A DNA stretch of 54,565 nucleotides from a virus (IMGVR_UViG_3300017910_000855:1-54565), one strand, 5' to 3'. Shown: positions 40,365-49,624, counted from the stretch's first letter. Made by a program: numbers and translations. The notes: generated by a model not told the origin, from the letters alone.

Positions 40365-40878
40365 TTAATACACTGTTTAGTTTACGCTTGAACTTGTTTA
40401 GTTTTTCTTCATTCAAGTTCCGTTCTTCGATTATGTCGTACAGATAATCATACTTTTGATAACTTTTTAGACTATCTTTCAACCGTTCTACTAACAAATT
40501 TAAACTTTTATTTTGGTTTTCCAAATCATTTATAGATACAAGTAGCTCTTGTCTTGTGGAAAACTTATGAGGAGAGTTGCTTCTTTCGTCAAAAAAAAGC
40601 TGCCTAATCAAGTAATAATCTTCACGTAACTCTTTGTCTATATCGAACAAATCCTCGAAGAGATTAAGTCCGTGCATTATAGTTGCGTGGTTTTTATTTA
40701 AACTTCTTGCGATAGCAGTGTAGCTATATCTACATTCTGTTAACAATTTGTAGTATATCATTCGTGCGTTGATATACTCTTGCTTACGTGTTTTGTTTTC
40801 TACATCTACTGAAAGATACTCTTCAATTAATTTAGTTAGAGATTTTTTTATCTTGGGTTCTACGGTTTGTCTGTGCAT
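40354..40878 (-). CDS. DnaA C-terminal (domain IV)-like HTH protein with coiled-coil tail
   Basis: TRKQEYINARMIYYKL...YSYTAIARSLNKNHATIMHG matches the DnaA domain IV pattern. Confidence 0.75.
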   Translation of the reverse strand: MHRQTVEPKIKKSLTKLIEEYLSVDVENKTRKQEYINARMIYYKLLTECRYSYTAIARSLNKNHATIMHGLNLFEDLFDIDKELREDYYLIRQLFFDERSNSPHKFSTRQELLVSINDLENQNKSLNLLVERLKDSLKSYQKYDYLYDIIEERNLNEEKLNKFKRKLNSVLNGV

Positions 40879-41203
40879 TGTATTTTGATTTAAGTATATT
40901 ATTGTCTATTACATAATCAAGGTAATCATCTACCTCAATAAGTTCGATGTCCATAAGTAGTGGTGCTTCATCAGGTTGGTTTACGTATTCTATTTCAAAG
41001 TATATGGGTGGCTCGTATGTTGTTACAACTCCGCCAATCCTCTGACTCCATCCGGATTTTTCAGGAAAAGCATCGTAAGACATCTCCACTTGCGTGGCTA
41101 TTTCGATTCCAACATTACGAGGGAACTCTTTTAGTTTCGATACAAACCAATCATCTACCTCGTAGTAATCAGTCTCCTGTGTATACCTCTGTTCGTAAGC
41201 CAT
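40832..41203 (-). CDS. Acidic hypothetical protein
   Basis: Likely start MAYEQRY at 41203. Confidence 0.6.
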   Translation of the reverse strand: MAYEQRYTQETDYYEVDDWFVSKLKEFPRNVGIEIATQVEMSYDAFPEKSGWSQRIGGVVTTYEPPIYFEIEYVNQPDEAPLLMDIELIEVDDYLDYVIDNNILKSKYNAQTNRRTQDKKISN

Positions 41204-41411
41204 ACTTTTTAAGTTCTTTAATCCTATACTCTTGTAGTTTAGAAAGTGTTCCACTTGGTTTTTTAATTTCACTAAACAATACATCCGTGTTAGGTGGTAT
41301 GGCTATCAAATCAGGTATTCCATTTTTGTTTGTCTTAACTAATTTGATTACGTAATATCCTTGACTTTCAAGTTCCTTTATCCTCTTCGTTTGTATTTGT
41401 TGTTCTGTCAA
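41169..41411 (-). CDS. VRR-NUC domain nuclease
   Basis: TEQQIQ...GYYVIKL...GIPDLIAI...FSEIKKPSGTLSKLQEYR; TTG start. Confidence 0.85.
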   Translation of the reverse strand: MTEQQIQTKRIKELESQGYYVIKLVKTNKNGIPDLIAIPPNTDVLFSEIKKPSGTLSKLQEYRIKELKKYGLRTEVYTGD

Positions 41412-41598
41412 TTTTGGTGTTGTTAATATAGTCCATTATGAATCCTGCTAATACGATTGCATTCATCCCTACTGATGCTAATATCTCGTGTAAATCTTGG
41501 TATACATTAGTCGACAAATGAATGTGACCTACTATCCAAAAAGGCATCGCAAGGTTTTGACTAATCCAAATAACAAGAAAGCTAATGAACTTTTTCAT
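41368..41598 (-). CDS. Small membrane protein
   Basis: Two hydrophobic segments. Confidence 0.6.
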   Translation of the reverse strand: MKKFISFLVIWISQNLAMPFWIVGHIHLSTNVYQDLHEILASVGMNAIVLAGFIMDYINNTKIDRTTNTNEEDKGT

Positions 41599-42834
41599 TT
41601 AATACAAAGTTAGTAAATCCCTTTTAAAGTGAGTGACCGTGTAGTCTTTCTTCTTTATCACTGCTCTGTATATATCTTTTTCTATACCGTGCTTGGAGAA
41701 TATCCAATACACTTTACTGTTGACTCTATCCTTAGTAGTCATACGGTCTCGGCTTTGCCAATAGCTTGTGGCTGAGAAGTCTATGTTGTAGTAAACGATA
41801 GCGTCTGCTTCACGTAAGCTGATTCCTTCACGACCTGAAACAATTTGTAACGCAATGTTTTTATCCGTGTTACTAAACTCTTCAAGTGTGTTACAAAGTG
41901 TGTCTTTGAAGACACTCTTCAATGCTTTGTATTCTTCCCGAAACTTGTAGAAGATGGCTATCTTTTGGTTTCCAAAGTAATCTTTAATGAACTCTGCTTT
42001 GGTTCTGTCTATTGTTATCGAGTCTCCACTTTCAAATTTTACAGTGCCTGAATAAAGCTGATGTAACTTCTGCATAAGTTTAGCAGGAGTATCTCCAAGT
42101 ATAGTGTTATCATTACCCTCTACCACTCTATCTTTTTTCAACCTTTCTGCTAACACATATGTGGTGTTATTCATTTCCACCCACATTATCTCTTCATTTA
42201 TTTCGTTTTTAAAACCGGCTTCCTTTTGCGTGAAAGATATGGTGTATGGTTTCATTTCATCAAGTATCTTTTTCATACCTCTTGAATAATCATTTACATA
42301 ATTAGAATTAATTTTTCTTTGACGAACCTGAACATACTCACGAGCGAACTTGTAAAAGGAAGTGTGTTTACTGAATGGGTTAGATGGAATACCAAACACC
42401 TGATGATACATTTGACTGTAGCTCTCAGGTGTTGGTGTTCCTGACATCAAACATAAATACGGATTGTATTTCTTGACAATGTCTTTAATATCTTTAGCTC
42501 TCTTGCTTGGCTTGGGGAACGCACCAAGTGTGTGTGCTTCGTCTACAATTAGCATATCATAAGGAAGATTATCAATCTTATGAAGCGACTCGTAGTTAAT
42601 AACAGTTATGTTATATGATGGCTTCAATAAAAGAAAGTCTGATTCAATACTGCTTATGGCTTTCTTCTTTGTAACAAACAAAACTTCTTTACATCCTAAC
42701 ACTTGTGCAATGCCAAGACTCGTTAATGTTTTTCCTGTCCTTACTTCCATAGCGAGATAAACAAATCCTTTATCTTGGATTATCTCAGTTGCTTTATCTA
42801 TTATTTCCCATTGGTACTTTCTGTACTTGAACAT
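41599..42834 (-). CDS. Superfamily 2 (SNF2-like) helicase
   Basis: YQ motif, EVRTGKT (Walker A), LIVDEAH, SGTP, GREGISL, QSRDR. Confidence 0.9.
   Translation of the reverse strand: MFKYRKYQWEIIDKATEIIQDKGFVYLAMEVRTGKTLTSLGIAQVLGCKEVLFVTKKKAISSIESDFLLLKPSYNITVINYESLHKIDNLPYDMLIVDEAHTLGAFPKPSKRAKDIKDIVKKYNPYLCLMSGTPTPESYSQMYHQVFGIPSNPFSKHTSFYKFAREYVQVRQRKINSNYVNDYSRGMKKILDEMKPYTISFTQKEAGFKNEINEEIMWVEMNNTTYVLAERLKKDRVVEGNDNTILGDTPAKLMQKLHQLYSGTVKFESGDSITIDRTKAEFIKDYFGNQKIAIFYKFREEYKALKSVFKDTLCNTLEEFSNTDKNIALQIVSGREGISLREADAIVYYNIDFSATSYWQSRDRMTTKDRVNSKVYWIFSKHGIEKDIYRAVIKKKDYTVTHFKRDLLTLY
41900..41915 (-). repeat. 16-bp palindrome copy 6 (in helicase, read as VFKDT)
   Basis: GTGTCTTTGAAGACAC on + strand. 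Confidence 0.97.
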
Positions 42835-43049
42835 CTTTCTGCAAAAATTTTAATTGAATAGTTTATATTTTCTCTTATTTGTTTGTCCTCCCTTGAGTTC
42901 CATTTGTACTCATCAACAAACCGTGCATTCTTTCCCCTGCCTATCTTCCGTTTGTATGTAGCACACATTACAGACCGCAGTACGATTAAGTTTTTTACGT
43001 GTTCACAATCACTAAATCCGTAAGTCTCTTCCAACAATTCTGCCTTCAT
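42801..43049 (-). CDS. Hypothetical protein
   Basis: 82 aa ORF in operon. Confidence 0.6.
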   Translation of the reverse strand: MKAELLEETYGFSDCEHVKNLIVLRSVMCATYKRKIGRGKNARFVDEYKWNSREDKQIRENINYSIKIFAERCSSTESTNGK

Positions 43050-43254
43050 CTATAATTTTTTTTACTATACTACATCTTTCAAAGTCTTCAACCGAAGCAA
43101 AGTAATCAAGCATATCTTCAAGTGTCTTTGAAGACACAGGTTCTTCAGGGTTGAATACAAAATATCCTTCATCACTTATTATTAGTTCCTCCAATGTTTT
43201 ATCCCCTGTAAAAACATTTAAGGTGTTAATCATTGCTCGGTTTATATCAGACAT
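43012..43254 (-). CDS. Hypothetical protein with UVR-like C-terminal motif
   Basis: LDYFASVEDFERCSIVKK. Confidence 0.65.
   Translation of the reverse strand: MSDINRAMINTLNVFTGDKTLEELIISDEGYFVFNPEEPVSSKTLEDMLDYFASVEDFERCSIVKKIIDEGRIVGRDLRI
43122..43137 (-). repeat. 16-bp palindrome copy 7 (coding, VSSKT)
   Basis: GTGTCTTTGAAGACAC on + strand. Confidence 0.97.
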
Positions 43255-45661
43255 CTAATCTATTTTGAGTTGAAACTTCATCCTCTCTTTTAATTCTCAT
43301 CCACCTTCCTGTGTTATCTCTTCCCTCTTGTGGACTTGCTCCTGATTTGAATGTAGCAAACGCAGACATCCATTTGTTAAATCTAATCCTACTGATTGTA
43401 AGTTTAGCTTTGGGTCCGTAGTCAGGATACTGCTCTATGAAATCGAGATAAGCAGAAGATAAATTTATTTTAGTATCACGCTGCAGCAATGGGTTAGATT
43501 CGCTGCCATTAATTAATCCACACCACTCAATAAAATCGTGCGAAGTTTCTGCGGATAGTTGTCTAATCTTTAGGTTCACAAACTTGCTCTCTACTAATCC
43601 TGTAACTAAATAACCTTGTAGGCATTTAATCATATAGTTATCAAACGCACACCACTCATCATCATTCCAATCTCCAAAGAATAGTTTATTAAATTCGTCA
43701 AGCGGAGTATAGTTTTTATTGTAGTGTTGATGGAGTTCAAGTTCCCACTTTCGCCTCGCAAAAGAATTACCGCTACCTTTAATTGCATAGTTGGTAGTGA
43801 TAGCTATCTTCGGAGACTTTTCAAATGGTATCTTGATTGCATCTTTGTTTTTCTTTTCAAGTGTAAGTCCTTCGGTTACTACCGAAAACAATCTTTCAAA
43901 ATCAAAATGCTTTCTCACATCATCGAACACAAGTATCTGTGTGTCTGCTGATACAAGTTGGTATGCAAATGAACGCTCAAATGTAAAAGACTTTCCGTCA
44001 ATAGTTACAACCTTTTTCATCTGTGCTAATGCGTTCATAAAGATTCCTTTCCCTGTGCCTCCTTCGGGGTTGTCTGATATTACCTCATCATTTAATATCA
44101 CTGCCGGACAGTAAGATAAATTTTTATGACCGTGCATCAAGAAACCTATCGTTGATTCCATTGACTTAACTCTATCGTCTTCCCCTTTACATATGTTGCG
44201 GATGAATTTTTTATAGTCAGTGTCTGCTTCACACATAGTAAAGTTCCTGTCTATAACGTGGTCTTTCCAAACGTAACCACCCAAGTCAATGTAATCTATC
44301 ATCGTTATTTCTTTCTTAGTTACCTTGACTGCACAGTTTCTATAATACAAATACGAAGTGTCTTTGTTATCTTCTATAAAATAAATATCTATGGTAGATA
44401 GCAACGTAAGAAACTCTTCTTTAAAAAATCTTGTGTGGTCTGCAAAATAATTGTAGATAGATAAATCATCAATCTCAATGAGATGGTTTAAGATAAAATC
44501 TTTTATGGCTTTCTCGTCAGTGTGGTCTATAAGATTGTTGGTTACCTTGACAAACACATAGTTCTTACTGCCTTCAGGACAATACTTGTAGAAACCGTTG
44601 TCTTCTAAAAACTGTTTGAATAGAACGTGTATTACTTTTATTACACCCTTCTCATTCTTACTCCAAAACTGAGTCTCTTGTGCTTCTTCGTCTATACGAG
44701 TAAGCACTGCATCTATTACTTCGCCCTCCAAGTGAGACTCTTCGAGTTGAGAGCGGAGTTCTTTTTTTGATGCACCACGTTTGAGTTTTACTTTGAGATT
44801 CTGAACACGCTCCTCATCTTCATAATACTTTGTGCCAAAGTTGACGGTGTTAGCATATGCCGAGTCTATAGTTCTGTTGATTTCATTCTCGGTAAATCCT
44901 GATGCTTGATAGTTTGATAGTATGTATCCTGCTAACGATTTGTTTATTCCAAAATCATTGAAAGCTGATGCAAGTATAAAGCAGTTGTTGTTTCTGTTAC
45001 CCTCTGTCATTGGGTATTTTTTAGTCCACCACTTTACAAGTATCTCTACTATCTTGTTCTCGTCTGTAATAGGTATGGTTGGAACATCTCTATACTGATG
45101 CTTCTCTTGATACTCACGCTCCTCAATCTTATCCCATACTGATGAGTTCTCATTCACATAAATCAGAGGGTCATAAGATTCGTAACAAACACGTGATAAA
45201 TTTTTACAAGCTACATCAAACTTATCATTGTTAAAATGTTTCTGTAAACTATTGAAGTAGTTCACGTGGTTATCTACATCTTGAGGTATCTTTACTAATA
45301 CCTTGAGACCTTTCCCACTTGGAGATATAAATACTGAATAGGTATACGGAGACTTTGTTATGTTCTCCTTGTCCACTAATAGTTCTTTGCTTTTTTCGTA
45401 GCCGTCAAAATCTAAACATATCAAACCTGAATGTTCCTGTATAGAATTGTCGTTACGTTTTGTAAAGACTCCACTAAAACAGATTGCGGGTAACTGTTTC
45501 TTTAATTCGTTACGCACATCTTTCTTCTGTTCTAATCTAATTCGCTTCACTAATTCCTTTGAAGCACCGTTCTTTATCCTTTCTACTATATGCCCTACCT
45601 CTCGGTGGAAGGGAGCATCTGTCTCTTTAATGTTTCTAAATATCGTAATCTTTGATGTCAT
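43247..45661 (-). CDS. Primase-helicase (BT4734/VirE-N-like primase domain, PriCT-like domain, P-loop helicase)
   Basis: KKQLPAICFSG, SGLICLDFD, FISPSGKGLKVLV, EGNRNNNCF, EGGTGKG, LVFDD, ITTNY. Confidence 0.85.
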   Translation of the reverse strand: MTSKITIFRNIKETDAPFHREVGHIVERIKNGASKELVKRIRLEQKKDVRNELKKQLPAICFSGVFTKRNDNSIQEHSGLICLDFDGYEKSKELLVDKENITKSPYTYSVFISPSGKGLKVLVKIPQDVDNHVNYFNSLQKHFNNDKFDVACKNLSRVCYESYDPLIYVNENSSVWDKIEEREYQEKHQYRDVPTIPITDENKIVEILVKWWTKKYPMTEGNRNNNCFILASAFNDFGINKSLAGYILSNYQASGFTENEINRTIDSAYANTVNFGTKYYEDEERVQNLKVKLKRGASKKELRSQLEESHLEGEVIDAVLTRIDEEAQETQFWSKNEKGVIKVIHVLFKQFLEDNGFYKYCPEGSKNYVFVKVTNNLIDHTDEKAIKDFILNHLIEIDDLSIYNYFADHTRFFKEEFLTLLSTIDIYFIEDNKDTSYLYYRNCAVKVTKKEITMIDYIDLGGYVWKDHVIDRNFTMCEADTDYKKFIRNICKGEDDRVKSMESTIGFLMHGHKNLSYCPAVILNDEVISDNPEGGTGKGIFMNALAQMKKVVTIDGKSFTFERSFAYQLVSADTQILVFDDVRKHFDFERLFSVVTEGLTLEKKNKDAIKIPFEKSPKIAITTNYAIKGSGNSFARRKWELELHQHYNKNYTPLDEFNKLFFGDWNDDEWCAFDNYMIKCLQGYLVTGLVESKFVNLKIRQLSAETSHDFIEWCGLINGSESNPLLQRDTKINLSSAYLDFIEQYPDYGPKAKLTISRIRFNKWMSAFATFKSGASPQEGRDNTGRWMRIKREDEVSTQNRLDV

Positions 45662-45674
45662 AAATTTAAGTTTA

Positions 45675-45800
45675 GTGTCGACTTTGTGTCGACTTTGTGT
45701 TAAGTTTCTCGCTGAGTATCAGTGAGTTGCTTACTTTGTTAACTTTTTTCTATCGTATAAGAAAAAAAAATAAAATAGAAATAAGTAATATAAATAATAA
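45675..45800. other. Candidate replication origin/regulatory region
   Basis: Tandem GTGTCGACTTT x2 plus GTGT (45675-45700), IHF-consensus match TATCAGTGAGTTG (45717-45729), very AT-rich tract 45742-45800; upstream of the primase-helicase. Confidence 0.45.
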
Positions 45801-45829
45801 ATGGTCTGTTAACTCGTCACTCATAGGTC

Positions 45830-45857
45830 AAAAAAAGGGAGAGCCGAAGCTCCCCCC
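45830..45857 (-). terminator. Intrinsic terminator after ssb
   Basis: Minus strand GGGGGAGC-TTCG-GCTCTCCC followed by T7. Confidence 0.85.
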
Positions 45858-45876
45858 TCGTTATGAATAATACAAA

Positions 45877-46155
45877 TTAAAAAGGTAAGTCTACTTCTGC
45901 CTGACTTGCTTCAGTAACTTCTGCCTTTTTGTTTTCAGGTGTCCAAGTATCAAGCTCCATATATGGATTGCCACTCTTGGCATACTTGATGTTCATATTT
46001 ATCCACCCATTCTTTTGGTGTTTCTTCATAAAAGAAACCGCCTCGTCACATTTTACCGATACTCTACCGACTACAAAGTCAGGAGCATTATCTTGTCTTT
46101 TGAATGAGAAACCATCGGCAAAGATTTTCTCTTCGTTGTTTTGCACTTGTGCCAT
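45877..46155 (-). CDS. Single-stranded DNA-binding protein (phage type)
   Basis: Short OB-like body with acidic tail ending EVDLPF; next to recombination genes. Confidence 0.7.
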   Translation of the reverse strand: MAQVQNNEEKIFADGFSFKRQDNAPDFVVGRVSVKCDEAVSFMKKHQKNGWINMNIKYAKSGNPYMELDTWTPENKKAEVTEASQAEVDLPF

Positions 46156-46157
46156 AA

Positions 46158-46322
46158 TTAATTAATTATAATGTTACGTTCCAAAAAATATATTGTTGCC
46201 TTGATTATTTGTTTTTTCTCGGCACGAGTTTCACAAGTGTTTGGAACTTCCACTACGTGGACTCGTTTATTTTTAAATAGTCGTGTCTTCAAAGACACTA
46301 TTAGGTTTTTAAATTTCCTCAT
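46158..46322 (-). CDS. Small basic hypothetical protein
   Basis: Likely start MRKFKN at 46322. Confidence 0.5.
   Translation of the reverse strand: MRKFKNLIVSLKTRLFKNKRVHVVEVPNTCETRAEKKQIIKATIYFLERNIIIN
46283..46298 (+). repeat. 16-bp palindrome copy 8 (only copy antisense to local transcription; read as VSLKT)
   Basis: GTGTCTTCAAAGACAC on + strand within the minus-strand arm. Confidence 0.97.
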
Positions 46323-47070
46323 AGAAATAGTATTGGTTAATATCTTCCGTAGGATTCTCCCCAAAAAACTTTCGGTAAATCTCTACGGCTTTCTCAACCT
46401 TCTCTTTTCCCCTGTCTAAAGACTCTTGACTTACGGTGTAAGCACCCATCATTAGACTTGTTTTATCTATAACAAGGAACATCATCGGCTTATTAAATAA
46501 AGTCGAATAGATATACGCTTGACTATCGTAATTATACTTACGAAAATTCCAACGAAAGTCATTAATGTTTCCTGTTGTTTTAAGGTCAAAGAGAAAGTCT
46601 TTCCCTACGATGTCTGCTTTTCCTTTCCAAACTTCCCCGCAAATTTCACTGATGGCGGGTACTTCGTAGGTATTTTTGTCGTCTGCAATATAGTTAAAAA
46701 AGTCGAAATTAGTTTTCATAGCTTCAACCCAACGCTCGACCTCATCTTTTTCTCTTTGCAGTAACGCAAAGTTTCTCGGTCTGTTACTGTTAGCTTGTAA
46801 CTCTGCAACATACTCCTTATACTTCTTTGTATTACGAGACGCTACGTCTATGAAATCCCACTCTTCTGCCTTAGATGGTTCTAAAAACAATTGATGGAAG
46901 TATCTACCCATTGCAAACTCTTTGGTGTCTTCACGCTTTTGTCCAAACTCTTTTGGATTTTTAAGCAAGGTTCCAATGTCTGAATTAGATAGATACTTTC
47001 TGCCTATACCGTTGTAGTATTCGTTATCATCACGTAACAATTCTACTACTTGTTTATCCTGCACTGCCAT
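46309..47070 (-). CDS. RecE/exonuclease VIII-like PD-(D/E)xK exonuclease (DUF3799-like)
   Basis: YLSNSDI, GRYFHQLFLEP, WKGKADI...DLKTT, YNYDSQAYIY. Confidence 0.85.
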   Translation of the reverse strand: MAVQDKQVVELLRDDNEYYNGIGRKYLSNSDIGTLLKNPKEFGQKREDTKEFAMGRYFHQLFLEPSKAEEWDFIDVASRNTKKYKEYVAELQANSNRPRNFALLQREKDEVERWVEAMKTNFDFFNYIADDKNTYEVPAISEICGEVWKGKADIVGKDFLFDLKTTGNINDFRWNFRKYNYDSQAYIYSTLFNKPMMFLVIDKTSLMMGAYTVSQESLDRGKEKVEKAVEIYRKFFGENPTEDINQYYFYEEI

Positions 47071-47072
47071 AA

Positions 47073-47600
47073 TTAAATGTGCTTTTTGATTTCTGCTTTC
47101 GCAAGATTAGGTATAGAATACTTTTGTTGAAGAGTCTTGACTATCTTGGTTAGACCCATAGACTTGTTAGCTACAACCCACTTCATTACTTTATCCCAAT
47201 TCTCATCTCCAATATCTAATTTGATTTTGCTTGGTGTCTTTGAAGACACTGAGTCTTGGTTGGCTATAGCATTCTTAACTTCATCTGCTGAGGCAACTGA
47301 TGTTTCGAGTCCGATACCAAAGTTTGCTAACGCTCTACCCCACGCTGAGGTCTCGCAGTTCTCTACATAAGATGTCTTATTAATAAAGGTACTTCCCTTC
47401 TCTTCCTCTGCCATTCCTGTGGCGATTACTTTTCCTTCATCGTCAGAAATTGTAGCAAGTATAAGGATTGATTTGTCTGTCTTCTCTAACACTTCTGATG
47501 TTAGTGAATAGTTTGGGTAAGTCTTTCTAAAATAGATGAGTCTCTCGTTTACTTCAACGTACTCTTTACCCTTGATGTTTACTGTTTTTAATTTAGTCAT
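47073..47600 (-). CDS. Single-strand annealing protein (Rad52/Sak-like)
   Basis: IKGKEYVEVNERL, ATGMAEE, ENCETSAWGRALANFGIG; adjacent to exonuclease and SSB. Confidence 0.75.
   Translation of the reverse strand: MTKLKTVNIKGKEYVEVNERLIYFRKTYPNYSLTSEVLEKTDKSILILATISDDEGKVIATGMAEEEKGSTFINKTSYVENCETSAWGRALANFGIGLETSVASADEVKNAIANQDSVSSKTPSKIKLDIGDENWDKVMKWVVANKSMGLTKIVKTLQQKYSIPNLAKAEIKKHI
47234..47249 (-). repeat. 16-bp palindrome copy 9 (coding linker, VSSKT)
   Basis: GTGTCTTTGAAGACAC on + strand. Confidence 0.97.
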
Positions 47601-48027
47601 TTGATATTAGATTTAATTTTGATTTTATTTTACTGTATCTCTCCAAGATATTTTGTCGAGACATTTTTAAGGATTGAATTTGTTTAGGATTCTTCCTACC
47701 ATTCATTTCCTTTTTAATTGACCGCTCAACTTTATCAAGTTTTATACGATAGTTAGACAAAGATAATTCATAGACTCCAAACCTCCAACCTTTTTGTAGA
47801 AAAACTTCAAGCAAATCAAAGTCTACAGGTTTGTACCACTCTCCACCCAATGCGGTGTTAAGTATCTTTATTTCCTTTGTCTCGTTATCTTGCATAATCT
47901 TACATCCATATAAGATTCTTGCCTGATAGCCATCGCCATCCACGTTCACAGAAAACTCATCTGTGATGGCTTGTTCCATTACATCGTCTAAGCAATACTT
48001 ATGCAAGTTCTCTGCAAATAGTGTCAT
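47593..48027 (-). CDS. Hypothetical protein
   Basis: Start uncertain; MTLFAEN at 48027 chosen to limit overlap. Confidence 0.6.
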   Translation of the reverse strand: MTLFAENLHKYCLDDVMEQAITDEFSVNVDGDGYQARILYGCKIMQDNETKEIKILNTALGGEWYKPVDFDLLEVFLQKGWRFGVYELSLSNYRIKLDKVERSIKKEMNGRKNPKQIQSLKMSRQNILERYSKIKSKLNLISND

Positions 48028-48286
48028 AGTCCATATCTTCTGATACCTTGTCAGATACCTGTTCGATTCCGTGAATGATTGATGAATGTCCAACCTTGTA
48101 TCCATAGTCTTCCATATACTCCTGTATGTATCTGATTTGCATAGGTCGGTGGTAACATAGATAGTATAACAGATGCCTTGCATCTACCAAGTCTCTACGT
48201 TTTGATTTAGTGAATATCTCTTCTTCGGTTATGTTAAATGTGTTTAACACACGTTCAAGGTATTCATTGAATACTCCTTTTTTCAT
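47999..48286 (-). CDS. Second DnaA domain IV-like HTH protein
   Basis: EEIFTKSKRRDLVDARHLLYYLC...HSSIIHGI. Confidence 0.75.
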   Translation of the reverse strand: MKKGVFNEYLERVLNTFNITEEEIFTKSKRRDLVDARHLLYYLCYHRPMQIRYIQEYMEDYGYKVGHSSIIHGIEQVSDKVSEDMDYDTICRELA

Positions 48287-48486
48287 AGCTTATTATTATT
48301 GTTGCAAAAGATTTTACCGAACGTAACAAATAAGTCGTTCAGTTCATCTATTGCAGAATTAGAATTGTGATTTTCTTTTGTGTGAAGTTCCGACATCCAT
48401 TCATTAAACTGATATGAGTCGTCTATAAATGAGTCGTGATTCTCCTGTTCACGCATCTGCGTAAACATCTCTTTTGATTTTGACAT
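48283..48486 (-). CDS. Hypothetical protein
   Basis: MSKSKEMFTQMRE; preceded by a promoter-like element. Confidence 0.65.
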   Translation of the reverse strand: MSKSKEMFTQMREQENHDSFIDDSYQFNEWMSELHTKENHNSNSAIDELNDLFVTFGKIFCNNNNKL

Positions 48487-48506
48487 AACTATAATGTTTG
48501 ATTGAG

Positions 48507-48538
48507 TAAATATAATGATTGTTTATTTATTGTGCAAA
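48507..48538 (-). promoter_or_regulatory. Putative Bacteroidota sigma-A promoter (variant -7)
   Basis: Minus strand TTTG-N20-TATATTTA. Confidence 0.5.
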
Positions 48539-48813
48539 TCTTTTTGATTCTTTCTTATCTGCACTTTCAATAAAAGCAGGTATCCAATTAAGTCAGACAC
48601 CGTGTCTTCGGTTGCGTCAGTTATTCCACGCATCTTAATACGAGAAAGTTTATCGTCTATCCTCGCACACAACCCTTCCACTGCATCCAACTTACTGAAT
48701 ATCTTTGGTGGATTGTTAGCCGTATCGCCATATGCTTTATTCTTTTCAATGAGTAGCATTACTATTTTTCGTGCCTCATCTTTTATCAGGTCAGCCGTCT
48801 TACTCATTGCCAT
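48523..48813 (-). CDS. DUF1599/nucleotide-modification-associated domain 1-like protein
   Basis: EKNKAYGD, ARIDDKLSRI, EDTVSDLIGYLLL. Confidence 0.75.
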   Translation of the reverse strand: MAMSKTADLIKDEARKIVMLLIEKNKAYGDTANNPPKIFSKLDAVEGLCARIDDKLSRIKMRGITDATEDTVSDLIGYLLLLKVQIRKNQKDLHNK

Positions 48814-49150
48814 AATATGTATTAAAGACAACCTCTTCCAACAATGGTAGTTCAGTAGACACTGCGTCTCCTGTTTCTGTAACTGTCCACCAATCTCCAT
48901 TCTTTAGCAACTGAATGTATCGGTTTCCAATGTACATCATCACTTGCGTACAGTCTTCACTAACCGTTCCTTTCTGCTCAAAGTTTTCGAAGAAATCCTT
49001 TTTGGTTATGAGTCTTCCTGTGTCTTTGAAGACACTAAGTGTTAGCGGTTCGTCTTTGTCCGCTAATTGTTGCATCCTTTGGATGTAGTTTGTGTCTGCT
49101 TTACTGCGTAACTTTTCGGCAGTAGCTTCCTTTAAATAAATTGATTTCAT
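48800..49150 (-). CDS. Hypothetical protein
   Basis: 116 aa ORF with AT-rich leader. Confidence 0.7.
   Translation of the reverse strand: MKSIYLKEATAEKLRSKADTNYIQRMQQLADKDEPLTLSVFKDTGRLITKKDFFENFEQKGTVSEDCTQVMMYIGNRYIQLLKNGDWWTVTETGDAVSTELPLLEEVVFNTYYGNE
49020..49035 (-). repeat. 16-bp palindrome copy 10 (coding, VFKDT)
   Basis: GTGTCTTTGAAGACAC on + strand. Confidence 0.97.
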
Positions 49151-49151
49151 T

Positions 49152-49370
49152 TTAATTAAATTTTATATCTAAATTTAGATTGGTTATTAATATGTGTTCA
49201 AGCTCATCGTATGTGATATTGAAAAAGTCCTGTGCTTTATCCGTATAGATATAGGAGTCGTTTACTTTATCAAAAGTCCACGTGCTTTTCCCATATCTTT
49301 CTTGGGTTATGCGACTTGCAATTTCACTAACAACAGGAATGAAGTCCTCGTTATCAATAGTGTTTTTCAT
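49152..49370 (-). CDS. Hypothetical protein
   Basis: Likely start MKNTID at 49370. Confidence 0.65.
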   Translation of the reverse strand: MKNTIDNEDFIPVVSEIASRITQERYGKSTWTFDKVNDSYIYTDKAQDFFNITYDELEHILITNLNLDIKFN

Positions 49371-49375
49371 TTGAT

Positions 49376-49624
49376 TTAATTTTCTGAAGACCATTCTTTG
49401 TGCGTCATTACCAAGCAGTCTCCTACTATTACACGACCACACATTGCTGATACTTCAAGGTTCATAGGTAAATTTTCTAAGTGTCCTTCCTCGTTTACAA
49501 GTATTACCCAATCACTTGTATACACAGGTTCTATCCACCCACCAACTGCTTTCTGCTTTGCCTCAAGACCTGCATAATCGTAGTCGTTGATGGTTCTTCC
49601 GTCTGCTTTAATTATCCGTGCCAT
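49376..49624 (-). CDS. DUF3846-like protein
   Basis: QKAVGGWIEPV, LVNEEG...LPMN, IVGDCLV. Confidence 0.75.
   Translation of the reverse strand: MARIIKADGRTINDYDYAGLEAKQKAVGGWIEPVYTSDWVILVNEEGHLENLPMNLEVSAMCGRVIVGDCLVMTHKEWSSEN

Noticed and set aside
48595-48609. Inverted half-sites AGACAC-C-GTGTCTTC, and other partial matches (44358, 52220, 53911, 54152)
   Set aside because: Only half-sites or altered spacing; compatible with chance, so not counted as copies
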